64,000 nt of DNA from Candidatus Geothermarchaeota archaeon (GTDB lineage: Archaea > Thermoproteota > Nitrososphaeria > Geothermarchaeales > JDFR-13): positions 10,157 to 74,156 of the forward strand of contig WAKC01000025.1 in assembly GCA_015523605.1 (NCBI GenBank), in the 5' to 3' direction. Shown here one piece after another: positions 48,817-57,164 of this stretch. Made by a program: the position numbers and the translations under genes. The first letter of the stretch is position 1. Every line of letters starts with the position of its first letter. The notes beneath the pieces were generated by a model. It was not told the origin of the DNA, did not search any database, and saw only the letters and a program-made list of their open reading frames with translations.

Positions 48817-49281
48817 CTACTTCTCACCTATCACTGGCGTAGATGTTACATACTTGAATACTCCATCCTTACCTTTAATTCTTCTTAAAACACCTTTTTC
48901 AACCATCCTCTTGAGGGTGACGGCTATAGTGCTTTTGGGATAGTATAGACCAAACATAGTAAGTGTGTCCATAACCTCACGAAGACTTCTAGGGGTCCTT
49001 CCCCATCCACTATAAAACATTTTATTAAGGATATCCGCTAGACTGTCGGAAGATGATATCTTTATATTGGGAATATCATCATAGGATGCTTCATCAACGG
49101 CTTTCTTCGTTTCTTCTTTAGATTCGACTAATTCTTTGGAGGGAGATATATGTTGCGACACTTGGAATCTATCCAAGATCTTATTAAGAAATTCTTCAAC
49201 AACCTCTTTTTCACCTGTAATTTCAAGCTCTAAAGACCTATTACCATATTTATAAACTAGTTTAAGAGATACGTTACTCAT
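48817..49281 (-). CDS. two-module protein, paralogue 2 of the same family
   Basis: The N-terminus is LKLVYKYGNRSLELEITGEKEVVEEFLNKIL and the C-terminus is GWGRTPRSLREVMDTLTMFGLYYPKSTIAVTLKRMVEKGVLRRIKGKDGVFKYV. Its ATG overlaps the gatE stop by 8 nt. Confidence 0.65.
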   Translation of the reverse strand: MSNVSLKLVYKYGNRSLELEITGEKEVVEEFLNKILDRFQVSQHISPSKELVESKEETKKAVDEASYDDIPNIKISSSDSLADILNKMFYSGWGRTPRSLREVMDTLTMFGLYYPKSTIAVTLKRMVEKGVLRRIKGKDGVFKYVTSTPVIGEK

Positions 49282-51169
49282 TAATCAACTCCTCCACAAT
49301 ATTAACTACAATCTTTGCGTCTATTAAGCCTCTATATCTCTCCATAGCTATACCGATTAACCTTTTCTTCCTAATATTCGGCGGTAAACTTGAAATGTCG
49401 CTCCTTTGGTTTAACACCTCCCTCAAATAATTCTTCACCTCTTCCACCGACACCTTCTCAGATTTATATTTTTCGATGGACTCCTCGACGGATATACCTT
49501 TGCATACATTTTTAAGAATCTCTTCTATAGATTCTTTAACTATATCTCCATCGCTCAATGCTTTGAAAATTTTCTGGAATACTTCCTCATTGATCTTAGA
49601 GATGTCATATCCTTCCCTCTCTAAAGCTTTGGGGATACTTACTAGTACATGATAGATATATCCACTACCCACCATCTCACCATATTCTTCAAACAATTTT
49701 ATGAAGAGGTCTACCAAATCACTATCCAGAAGCTCTTCTGCCATATCATTCGATAACCCAAACCTCTCTCTCAACATGGAGAGAGTCTCCTCAGGCTCTA
49801 CAATTCTTATCTTAGAAACGTTTTTAAGCAACTCTTGGTCTACCACTATAGGTGGGATATCCGTCTCAGGATACATCCTAGCCATACCTGGCCTCGGACG
49901 CATATAGTAGGTTTTACCGTCTTCAGTGGCACCTCTCGTTTCATAGGGCACTCCTGCGAAGGCTTCCACGATTCTTTCTATTATTTTATCACGTATCAAT
50001 GGGAGTTGATCATCATTGAATAATCCAATCATGATAAACGCATCTCTATCACTCAGATTTAAGAGAGACCCCACTTTATCAACCTCATTTATGGAGATCC
50101 CGTAATTAGGAAGTTCATCGCTATGGAAGAGTCCTGTTATCCCCGTCCAGAATCTAATTCTCTCTAGGATCTCCCTCGCAAAAGTTTTATCTACGATTTT
50201 ATATCCTAGAAATCCTTTGAACCCGGAGATTTTTAGAGCATAGAAACGCCCCCCTCGATTCAAGATACGTCTAACAATTCTTGACTGTGAAGTAGCTAAT
50301 GCCTCTGAGACATCCATAAAATCTGAAACCTCAAGGGAATCGGGTGTTAACCCTGATTTAATAAGTAAATCTTTTAATTCAAGTAATTTAACATGGCGAT
50401 TAAATTCATAATCGACTACCTTCCCAAGGGTATCTAGCTTCTGAATCCCCTTAATCTCAACAATAGTGCCATTCATGATGGATATATTAACATCTTGTCT
50501 TACGCTTCCAAGTCCTGGCCTTTTATAACCTGTGGATCTGACTAGTCGACCGATATACTGAGCAACTTTAACGGCCTCCTCTGGAGAATTAATATCTGGT
50601 GCTGTGGCAACCTCTATAAGGGGAATACCCAGTCTATCCAGGCTATAAACTACTTTATCTTGCTTTCTATCAATAAGTCTAGCTGCTTCTTCCTCCACTG
50701 TAATTGTTTGTACCCCATATTTCTTACCATCCAGTGAGAAACTACCATCATAAGCTACTACAGCTGTACGCTGGAATCCAGTGGTGTTAGAACCATCTAC
50801 AACGATTTTCCTCATAAACTGGATCTCATCAACTATCTTCATATCGAAGAATTTTGCAAGCCTTATAGCAACTTCTATTGACTTTATATCTGGATAGTGA
50901 GGTGGCTCTTCATCTGTCTCCACTAGACAAGTGCTATTGGGAGGAGCGATATACTCGATTATAAGGCCCTTCTCAAACTCAAATAGTGCGGCGGGATCTA
51001 TCTGACCGAGCTCACTCTGTGTAGGACGTAGTCTACGTATTAATCTAATACCTTCTGGTGATTCAGAAAACTCTGGTGGACACTTGCAGAAGAGCTTCCT
51101 ACCTGTATCGAGTTGAAAGTGTATCTCGAGACCGACTTTTAAACCATATTCTTCGTATATGTTCATCAT
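49274..51169 (-). CDS. gatE: Glu-tRNA(Gln) amidotransferase subunit E
   Basis: 631 aa with a GatB/E-like core (GLEIHFQL, CKCPPEF, SLVRQDVNIS-like GSVRQDVNIS) and the archaeal insertion domain. It overlaps gatD by 4 nt. Confidence 0.93.
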   Translation of the reverse strand: MMNIYEEYGLKVGLEIHFQLDTGRKLFCKCPPEFSESPEGIRLIRRLRPTQSELGQIDPAALFEFEKGLIIEYIAPPNSTCLVETDEEPPHYPDIKSIEVAIRLAKFFDMKIVDEIQFMRKIVVDGSNTTGFQRTAVVAYDGSFSLDGKKYGVQTITVEEEAARLIDRKQDKVVYSLDRLGIPLIEVATAPDINSPEEAVKVAQYIGRLVRSTGYKRPGLGSVRQDVNISIMNGTIVEIKGIQKLDTLGKVVDYEFNRHVKLLELKDLLIKSGLTPDSLEVSDFMDVSEALATSQSRIVRRILNRGGRFYALKISGFKGFLGYKIVDKTFAREILERIRFWTGITGLFHSDELPNYGISINEVDKVGSLLNLSDRDAFIMIGLFNDDQLPLIRDKIIERIVEAFAGVPYETRGATEDGKTYYMRPRPGMARMYPETDIPPIVVDQELLKNVSKIRIVEPEETLSMLRERFGLSNDMAEELLDSDLVDLFIKLFEEYGEMVGSGYIYHVLVSIPKALEREGYDISKINEEVFQKIFKALSDGDIVKESIEEILKNVCKGISVEESIEKYKSEKVSVEEVKNYLREVLNQRSDISSLPPNIRKKRLIGIAMERYRGLIDAKIVVNIVEELINE

Positions 51170-52485
51170 CTCGACCTCACAAAGCTCCTCGGAATAATCT
51201 CATTTGCAATGTTTACAGGCATCAACTCGGCCAGGGCATCCTCTCCATAATTTCCTATTACCCAGCTAGCCTTAACATATGCAGTCTCAGACAACATATT
51301 CTCCAAGGGAATTACACCTATTTTCAAAAGTTCTCTGCCAGTATCATACACATTGAGATTTACACGACCCCAGATACATTGAGACGTCATAAAGACCTGA
51401 ATACCAGATCTAATTACATCCTTCAAGACACTAATAACCTTATCTGAAACATGCCCCAGACCCGTCCCCTCAACCACAATCGCTTTATAGTCATTCATAA
51501 AGAACTTGAATATCTCGGGTGACATCCCAGGATAAAACTTGATAAGAGCCACCCTCTTAGAAAATAAGGGTTTAAAATCCAGGGTATCCTCACCACGCCT
51601 CTTTAATGTCAACTCTTCTATAAAATCTTCATAAAGTATTTCAGAGTAGTTTCTAATATACGCGATTGGGGGTACATCGATTGATTGAAATGCAGATCTA
51701 ATGCTTGTATGGTTCTTCCTCACTCTAGTACCTATATGGACAGCGACCAAGTCGTCCGAGGAGGAGTGATGCATAGCCACATAAACCCCAGAATATCTGA
51801 AATTACCAGCTAGATACAATGCTGATAGTAGATTCATGGCCGCATCAGAGCTCGGCCTATCACTGGACCTCTGTGAACCCACTAATATCACAGGTATTCC
51901 AATACCTTTTAGAGCAAAGCTTAAAGCTGCACTTGTATATCCAAGCGTATCCGTACCATGAAGAACTACTATACCATCCCATCTCTCCCTATATGCTTGG
52001 AAGACTTTTTCAGTAATATACTTCCAATCATCTTGGGTTAGATGTTCACTATATTTACTCATTATAATCTCGGTATCAATATCCGCGATATCGAGAACTT
52101 CCGGAATAATATCTATAAGTTCATCTGGATCAACAGCGGATCTCACCCCACCAGTTCTATAATCGACTTTACTAAGTATCGTTCCACCGACAGCTAATAT
52201 CTTAACCCTGGGTAGATCAGATCTTCTACCGCGTCTCTTCCTAATGACTTGGGGAATGCTACTTTCTTCATGATACTCGGCCTTCTCAATCCTACTGATT
52301 TTTGAGATGTGAATTCCTATATTATAACCGCTCTTAAGCTTTAGAATTACCGTCTCTTCATGGGAAAACATGTGTTTCGGCATTAATACACCCTGAAGTT
52401 TAGATCCATCAACCAAATGGATAACCACATAATCTCCATATTTAACTCCAAATTTTTCTAGAAAAAGCTCAGCTAAAGTCTTCAT
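51166..52485 (-). CDS. gatD: Glu-tRNA(Gln) amidotransferase subunit D (asparaginase-like)
   Basis: Carries asparaginase-type motifs GGTILSK and VLHGTDTLGYTSAALSF. Its 439-aa length is typical of GatD. Confidence 0.93.
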   Translation of the reverse strand: MKTLAELFLEKFGVKYGDYVVIHLVDGSKLQGVLMPKHMFSHEETVILKLKSGYNIGIHISKISRIEKAEYHEESSIPQVIRKRRGRRSDLPRVKILAVGGTILSKVDYRTGGVRSAVDPDELIDIIPEVLDIADIDTEIIMSKYSEHLTQDDWKYITEKVFQAYRERWDGIVVLHGTDTLGYTSAALSFALKGIGIPVILVGSQRSSDRPSSDAAMNLLSALYLAGNFRYSGVYVAMHHSSSDDLVAVHIGTRVRKNHTSIRSAFQSIDVPPIAYIRNYSEILYEDFIEELTLKRRGEDTLDFKPLFSKRVALIKFYPGMSPEIFKFFMNDYKAIVVEGTGLGHVSDKVISVLKDVIRSGIQVFMTSQCIWGRVNLNVYDTGRELLKIGVIPLENMLSETAYVKASWVIGNYGEDALAELMPVNIANEIIPRSFVRSR

Positions 52486-52538
52486 TCTAAAATCATATTA
52501 CGGATTTAAGAATATAATTACGTTCTATCGATAATTCT

Positions 52539-54146
52539 TCACCTGATAAACTTACTTACATATGGACCATCACGTCTATATCCTAAGCGATAGTAATATT
52601 CACGAACTCCCACACCACTGATAACTACAATCTTCTCTCCACCCATGGAAGAAGCTATCTCCTCAGCCTTATGCATAAGCAAGGATCCGATACCTCTATG
52701 TTGCCATGAGTGTACAAGCTCTGACGCCCCGATTGGAAGGCTTCTTCCATATACATGAAGCTCTCTAACTAGGAAGGTCTCACTTGATATTATCTCTGGC
52801 CGCCAAGCCTTTGATGATGGTTTTCTAAGCCTTACGAATCCTAAAATCAAATCGTTAATCGGATCTTCAACGCTTATGAAGAATTCTAACCCACCATTCG
52901 CGTTGTATGTCCTCATCATAATTACGGGTTCAACAGCGTCTATACCTTTCTTAACTATGTTATGCCCAACTTCTCTACATCTTATGCATCTACATTTTAG
53001 TTTATGTTCATCCATAACTTTGTGGACAAGCTGCCTGAGATTCGGCTTTTTAACACCAGCCACAACCTCGGTCGACGGAATATCTCTATTAACCCTCATA
53101 ATCCTGTTCCAGGGAGGGATGAACGTAGACTTTGCTATCATAATAAGATTTAACGCTTCCTCTGTTTCCAAGGGTTTATATTTTCCTTGCTTCCACAATT
53201 TTATGAGGCCAGTATGCTCTAGGACCAGAGTAGGATATATCTTTAGATGGTCAGGTAGATAATTCTCACTGGTAAACACTTTCTCAAACACCTGAAGATC
53301 CTCCTTAACAGATGTTAATGGGAGACCGGGCATGAGATGGTATGTCACTTTGAAACCTGCATCTTTAAGAAGAGTTGTAGCTTCAATAACATCGTTTAGA
53401 TCGTGTCCTCTATTCACGAATTTGTAGACATTATTATAAAGGGTTTGGACGCCGAGTTCGACTCTTGTGCCTCCATGTTCAAGCATCCAGTTGATATCCT
53501 CCTCTTTGGATGCATCTGGTTTAGTTTCGAAGGCGAGACCTACAATTCTATATCTACTTCTCTCCGCTTTTACAAGGTCATCGGGGAATTTCTTGGGAGG
53601 TTCTCCGATAAAAAATTCAAAGAGTCTTCTCATATAGGATTCTCGATACCATTCAGGAGCTTGATTAAAAGTCCCTCCTTGAATGACTATATCTACTTTA
53701 TCAGTGTAATGGCCCATAGCCTCCAACTGTCTAATTCGGCTCTCGATTTGTTTATATGGGTCGAACTGGAAGTTTATACCTCTCATGGCACTGGGTTCCC
53801 TACCAGTATAGGATATCGGTGCTCCTGGAAAGTGTGGACAATATATGCATCTACCATGAGGACATTCGAATGGGGCTGTCATCACGGCTAAAATCACGAT
53901 TCCAGAGATGCTTCTAACAGGTTTCATTAATAGGGCATCTCTTACCTCCTGAGAATCTATATATTTAAGAATATCTGCATTTGATGGAGTATAACCAAGT
54001 CTAAACTTTTTTGCGGCTTCAAGCTTCACCCTTTGTACATCATCTCTATTTATAGACCCCCTTGCTTGTAGAATGGAGAGTAGACTCTCCTCTATATGTC
54101 TAGCTACCATCTCTAACACATTCTCTTCAATGGTCTCTCTAGACAT
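52539..54146 (-). CDS. elp3: Elp3-type radical-SAM/acetyltransferase (tRNA U34 modification)
   Basis: Radical-SAM cluster motif CPHGRCIYCP plus a C-terminal GNAT motif QHRGIGSLLMHKAEEIA. Confidence 0.92.
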   Translation of the reverse strand: MSRETIEENVLEMVARHIEESLLSILQARGSINRDDVQRVKLEAAKKFRLGYTPSNADILKYIDSQEVRDALLMKPVRSISGIVILAVMTAPFECPHGRCIYCPHFPGAPISYTGREPSAMRGINFQFDPYKQIESRIRQLEAMGHYTDKVDIVIQGGTFNQAPEWYRESYMRRLFEFFIGEPPKKFPDDLVKAERSRYRIVGLAFETKPDASKEEDINWMLEHGGTRVELGVQTLYNNVYKFVNRGHDLNDVIEATTLLKDAGFKVTYHLMPGLPLTSVKEDLQVFEKVFTSENYLPDHLKIYPTLVLEHTGLIKLWKQGKYKPLETEEALNLIMIAKSTFIPPWNRIMRVNRDIPSTEVVAGVKKPNLRQLVHKVMDEHKLKCRCIRCREVGHNIVKKGIDAVEPVIMMRTYNANGGLEFFISVEDPINDLILGFVRLRKPSSKAWRPEIISSETFLVRELHVYGRSLPIGASELVHSWQHRGIGSLLMHKAEEIASSMGGEKIVVISGVGVREYYYRLGYRRDGPYVSKFIR

Positions 54147-54249
54147 TTTTCTTAAATACCTCCATCTAAATATGCAAAATAGGATAATAATAAAAAGTGT
54201 TATCGTATGGTATTATAGTCTAGGATATAGAGCGATGGAATTTCTTAGG

Positions 54250-54699
54250 TCAGATCTTAAGATAAGGAGATACTTTATTTGAAAAAAGGTTTTTTATAGG
54301 GATATCTACTCTCCTCTGGATACATGAAATATGGTGGTATTCGTCGTTAATTCTTATCATATGACGAGTACTTTTAGGCGGTAGCTTCTTATTACTTAAA
54401 CCAGCTCTAATCACATCTTCTTTGCTATATCTCTTTCCCTCTCCCCAACTTTCAACTATGATGTCTGGGGAAGTATAATCTACATATACTGTGGGTACAT
54501 ACTGACAGCCAATTAACTTCAACACCGTGACTCTATGATTACCATCTAATACTACATTAGTCCCTCTATCTGCGACTATAGGATGTTCAATAACACCTTT
54601 CTGCACAATATCCCTGAATAACTTGGCTAGATTATCTAGGTCTGTATATTCGTGAAGATGTAGCTTATCTATATCTACCAGTATTACCTCATAATCCAT
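54250..54699 (-). CDS. ParB/sulfiredoxin-fold domain protein (candidate free-serine kinase relative)
   Basis: 149 aa with the ParB/Srx core HPIVADRGTNVVLDGNHRVTVLKLIG. It begins 13 nt downstream of the OPSS-type gene on the same strand. Confidence 0.5.
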   Translation of the reverse strand: MDYEVILVDIDKLHLHEYTDLDNLAKLFRDIVQKGVIEHPIVADRGTNVVLDGNHRVTVLKLIGCQYVPTVYVDYTSPDIIVESWGEGKRYSKEDVIRAGLSNKKLPPKSTRHMIRINDEYHHISCIQRRVDIPIKNLFSNKVSPYLKI

Positions 54700-54712
54700 A
54701 GCAGGACACCCA

Positions 54713-55888
54713 TTATCTGACTTTTAAACTTTTAAGTACCGTCTCATCATCTGTGGTGAATCCATTCTTTATCATCCACTCATCACTATAAAACCTAGTT
54801 AAATAATTTCTACCCGTATCTGGTAGAATCACTACTACCGTCTTTCCAGATAATCCATTATCAACAATATATTTAATGGCGCCGTAGAGTGCTGAGCCTG
54901 AAGAGCCTCCAATAAGTAGCCCTTCAGTTTTAGCAGTGAATCTCGCCATTGAGAATGAGCTCTGATCATCGACCACAACAACATCATCGATTAATTCTAG
55001 ATCTATAGTCTCTGGTAGGATATCCTCACCAATACCTTCCACCTTATACGCCTTCACAAACTTCATGGCCTCTTCCAGAGAAAGCCCTCTTTTTATATGG
55101 TGATAGACACTTCCTACAGGATCTATTCCTACTACTCTGATAGAGGGATTCTTAGATTTAAGATATTTTGATGCTCCTGAGATTGTACCGCCGGTACCCA
55201 TACCTGCGACGAATATATCCACCTCTCCATTCGTTTGATACCATATTTCCGGTCCAGTAGTCTCAAAATGTGCCTTTGGATTAGCTGGATTAAAATATTG
55301 GTTTGGTATATACGCATACCCATTACCTCTAGGTTTTATATCCAGCAACTCCTTCAAGACCGATGTATCCTCCCGATTTATTGCAGATTGGATGTAATCT
55401 AGAAAGTCTCTTAATTCTCGATCATCTATAGGCCGCTCTAAAGACGATATATAATTTCTTATAGCCTCTGCAACTTTATAGTAAGAGAGTGGGTTGTGTG
55501 GAGGAACTTCTGTAGGGGTTCTTATGACATAGCCTCCATAAGCTTTAAGAATTAATTCCTTTTCCATACTCATTTTTCTAGGCATTGTGAATACCGTTCT
55601 AAAACCATAAATCCTTGATACTATAGCTAAACCTATCCCTGTATTACCGGATGTAGGTTCAATAATTACTCCGCCCGGCTTTATAACACCTTTCTCCATA
55701 GCATCTCTCAACATGTATAGCCCTATCCTATCTTTCACACTTCCCCCCGGATTATAGAATTCTAGCTTCGCATATAGCTTACATTCTATGCCAAAGAAAT
55801 CTTCAATACGCCGTAACCTAAGTAGAGGAGTGGCACCAATAAGCCCTAAAACAGATTCAAATACATTTAAATAGAGGGTTTTTGACAT
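54713..55888 (-). CDS. PLP-dependent cysteine synthase family enzyme, long archaeal O-phosphoserine sulfhydrylase-like form
   Basis: Has the PLP-Lys motif GGSVKDR, TSGNTGIGLA and GMGTGGTISG. Its 391-aa length matches the long OPSS-type enzymes rather than the roughly 310-aa CysK. Confidence 0.85.
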   Translation of the reverse strand: MSKTLYLNVFESVLGLIGATPLLRLRRIEDFFGIECKLYAKLEFYNPGGSVKDRIGLYMLRDAMEKGVIKPGGVIIEPTSGNTGIGLAIVSRIYGFRTVFTMPRKMSMEKELILKAYGGYVIRTPTEVPPHNPLSYYKVAEAIRNYISSLERPIDDRELRDFLDYIQSAINREDTSVLKELLDIKPRGNGYAYIPNQYFNPANPKAHFETTGPEIWYQTNGEVDIFVAGMGTGGTISGASKYLKSKNPSIRVVGIDPVGSVYHHIKRGLSLEEAMKFVKAYKVEGIGEDILPETIDLELIDDVVVVDDQSSFSMARFTAKTEGLLIGGSSGSALYGAIKYIVDNGLSGKTVVVILPDTGRNYLTRFYSDEWMIKNGFTTDDETVLKSLKVR

Positions 55889-56194
55889 CCCGACATCCGG
55901 ATCACCATTCAGATGAATTATAACGATGTTATAAAACTAAGAATATAAATAACCATGGAAATTCACAATAGATGTATATATGTTTATCTTGTAATGAGAG
56001 AAGGGTTAGATATCCAACCGTCAAACTAGAAAATAATTTTGTTTAAAGAGGCTTATTGCGATTATATTAAGAGCGTGACTTACAATTGTAAATATGTGGT
56101 TTGCATTTCATTTACATCAGTAAATCCCAATCATGTTTACACGCCAGTAGATAACGGAATTTGAAGGTACATTCAAATAACCCCTATGACACAA

Positions 56195-56800
56195 TCAGAA
56201 CTTTATGTCATACATTACTTCAAATAGCCTTACTAAATCATTTTCTAGAGCGCGGTCTACACCTATCAGATATCTAATTAATTCTTCACCTCCAAAGTAA
56301 AAGGTTACTCTGTTAAAAGGTGCTTCACTCTCATACGTGTGTCTCTTGATCCCTACTCTCTTCCTTATTAAATTTTCTATATGTCTAGCAAAATCTTCTT
56401 TCCATTCTTGCCAAACCATATACTCATAGTCCATTTTAGATAGTGATTCCTTTAATCTAAATCTGATGGTAGATACTTCCTTGTATCTCTTTGAAACAAC
56501 TGAATTCACAAAGTCTATATACAAACTTCTAATTCTCTCATTGTGATAGGGAAATGGCTGAGTCAATTCCCAGTCATATTTCTTCCTTTCCATGTAGTAC
56601 CTATTAATCTCTAGTTTTTCCCGTAGTACAATTTCAACAGTATTAAACTGGAAACAATGCACAAACTCATGAAGAATAAATACCACTTCCTCAAGATCTT
56701 GAATGGCCTTAAAACCAACTACACATGTAATTTTAAAATTATTTTCTTTTAATGGGAAGGCAGAGAGAATATTATCATGCAGGTAATTGGGTCTTACCAT
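56195..56800 (-). CDS. hypothetical protein with an HExxH motif (putative zinc metallopeptidase)
   Basis: 201 aa with VVFILHEFVHCFQ. No TM or signal peptide is apparent, and the gene sits in an AT-rich neighbourhood. Confidence 0.45.
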   Translation of the reverse strand: MVRPNYLHDNILSAFPLKENNFKITCVVGFKAIQDLEEVVFILHEFVHCFQFNTVEIVLREKLEINRYYMERKKYDWELTQPFPYHNERIRSLYIDFVNSVVSKRYKEVSTIRFRLKESLSKMDYEYMVWQEWKEDFARHIENLIRKRVGIKRHTYESEAPFNRVTFYFGGEELIRYLIGVDRALENDLVRLFEVMYDIKF

Positions 56801-56996
56801 ACTTTTCTAAGGTGATAACTATTCCCTGACGGCTCATAGAGATACACATGTTTTTCATCTACAGTTGCTATGGGTTGTAAGGTTTGAAGAGAGGGATGTA
56901 GGTCTCTAACTTTTAACCATAAAGATAAAAATTCTCAAAGTTAAAATGCATTTCAATAAATCAAATAATAAAGGGAAGGAGATATAGTTTTCTAGT

Positions 56997-57164
56997 TTAT
57001 ATTCTTGGTCTAAATTGTCCTGGGGGCCTCCCTAATATTATTCTCTTCCTAAAATTACTTCTGTTACGTTTCTTTGGGTTAGTTGGAGGTCTAGGTTTAC
57101 CCTCTAGTTTCGGAGTTAGAGATCTAACCTTACCAGCTTTTGTAAGGCTTCCATGGGTACCCAC
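56997..57164 (-). CDS. rps30e: ribosomal protein eS30 (S30e), absent from the ORF track
   Basis: A 55-aa ORF read on the minus strand: (GTG)M-GTHGSLTKAGKVRSLTPKLEGKPRPPTNPKKRNRSNFRKRIILGRPPGQFRPRI. HGSLTKAGKVR..TPK is the eS30 signature. GGAGGTGAT lies 6 nt upstream of the GTG. Confidence 0.8.
   Translation of the reverse strand: MGTHGSLTKAGKVRSLTPKLEGKPRPPTNPKKRNRSNFRKRIILGRPPGQFRPRI

Noticed and set aside
48817-48819. The in-frame TAG between the two wHTH paralogues, read as a pyrrolysine codon.
   Set aside because: No pyl genes or PYLIS-like context are visible. Pyrrolysine is not known in this lineage, and TAG is used as an ordinary stop elsewhere in the window, for example in the NurA-like gene.
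52876-53891. Plus-strand ORFs of 128 and 162 aa inside elp3. Similar long antisense ORFs occur in polB (41040..41438), atpA (37020..37355), atpI (30365..30715), dys (18247..18669) and dppB (60723..61115).
   Set aside because: Each lies wholly within a gene with strong motif support on the opposite strand. None shows recognisable motifs.
56140-56158. cgCCAGTAGAtaACGgaa, which resembles the crenarchaeal origin recognition box core (CCAGTGGAAACG).
   Set aside because: There is only one imperfect copy, no inverted partner, and no adjacent cdc6/orc1 or whiP gene. This is insufficient to call an origin.
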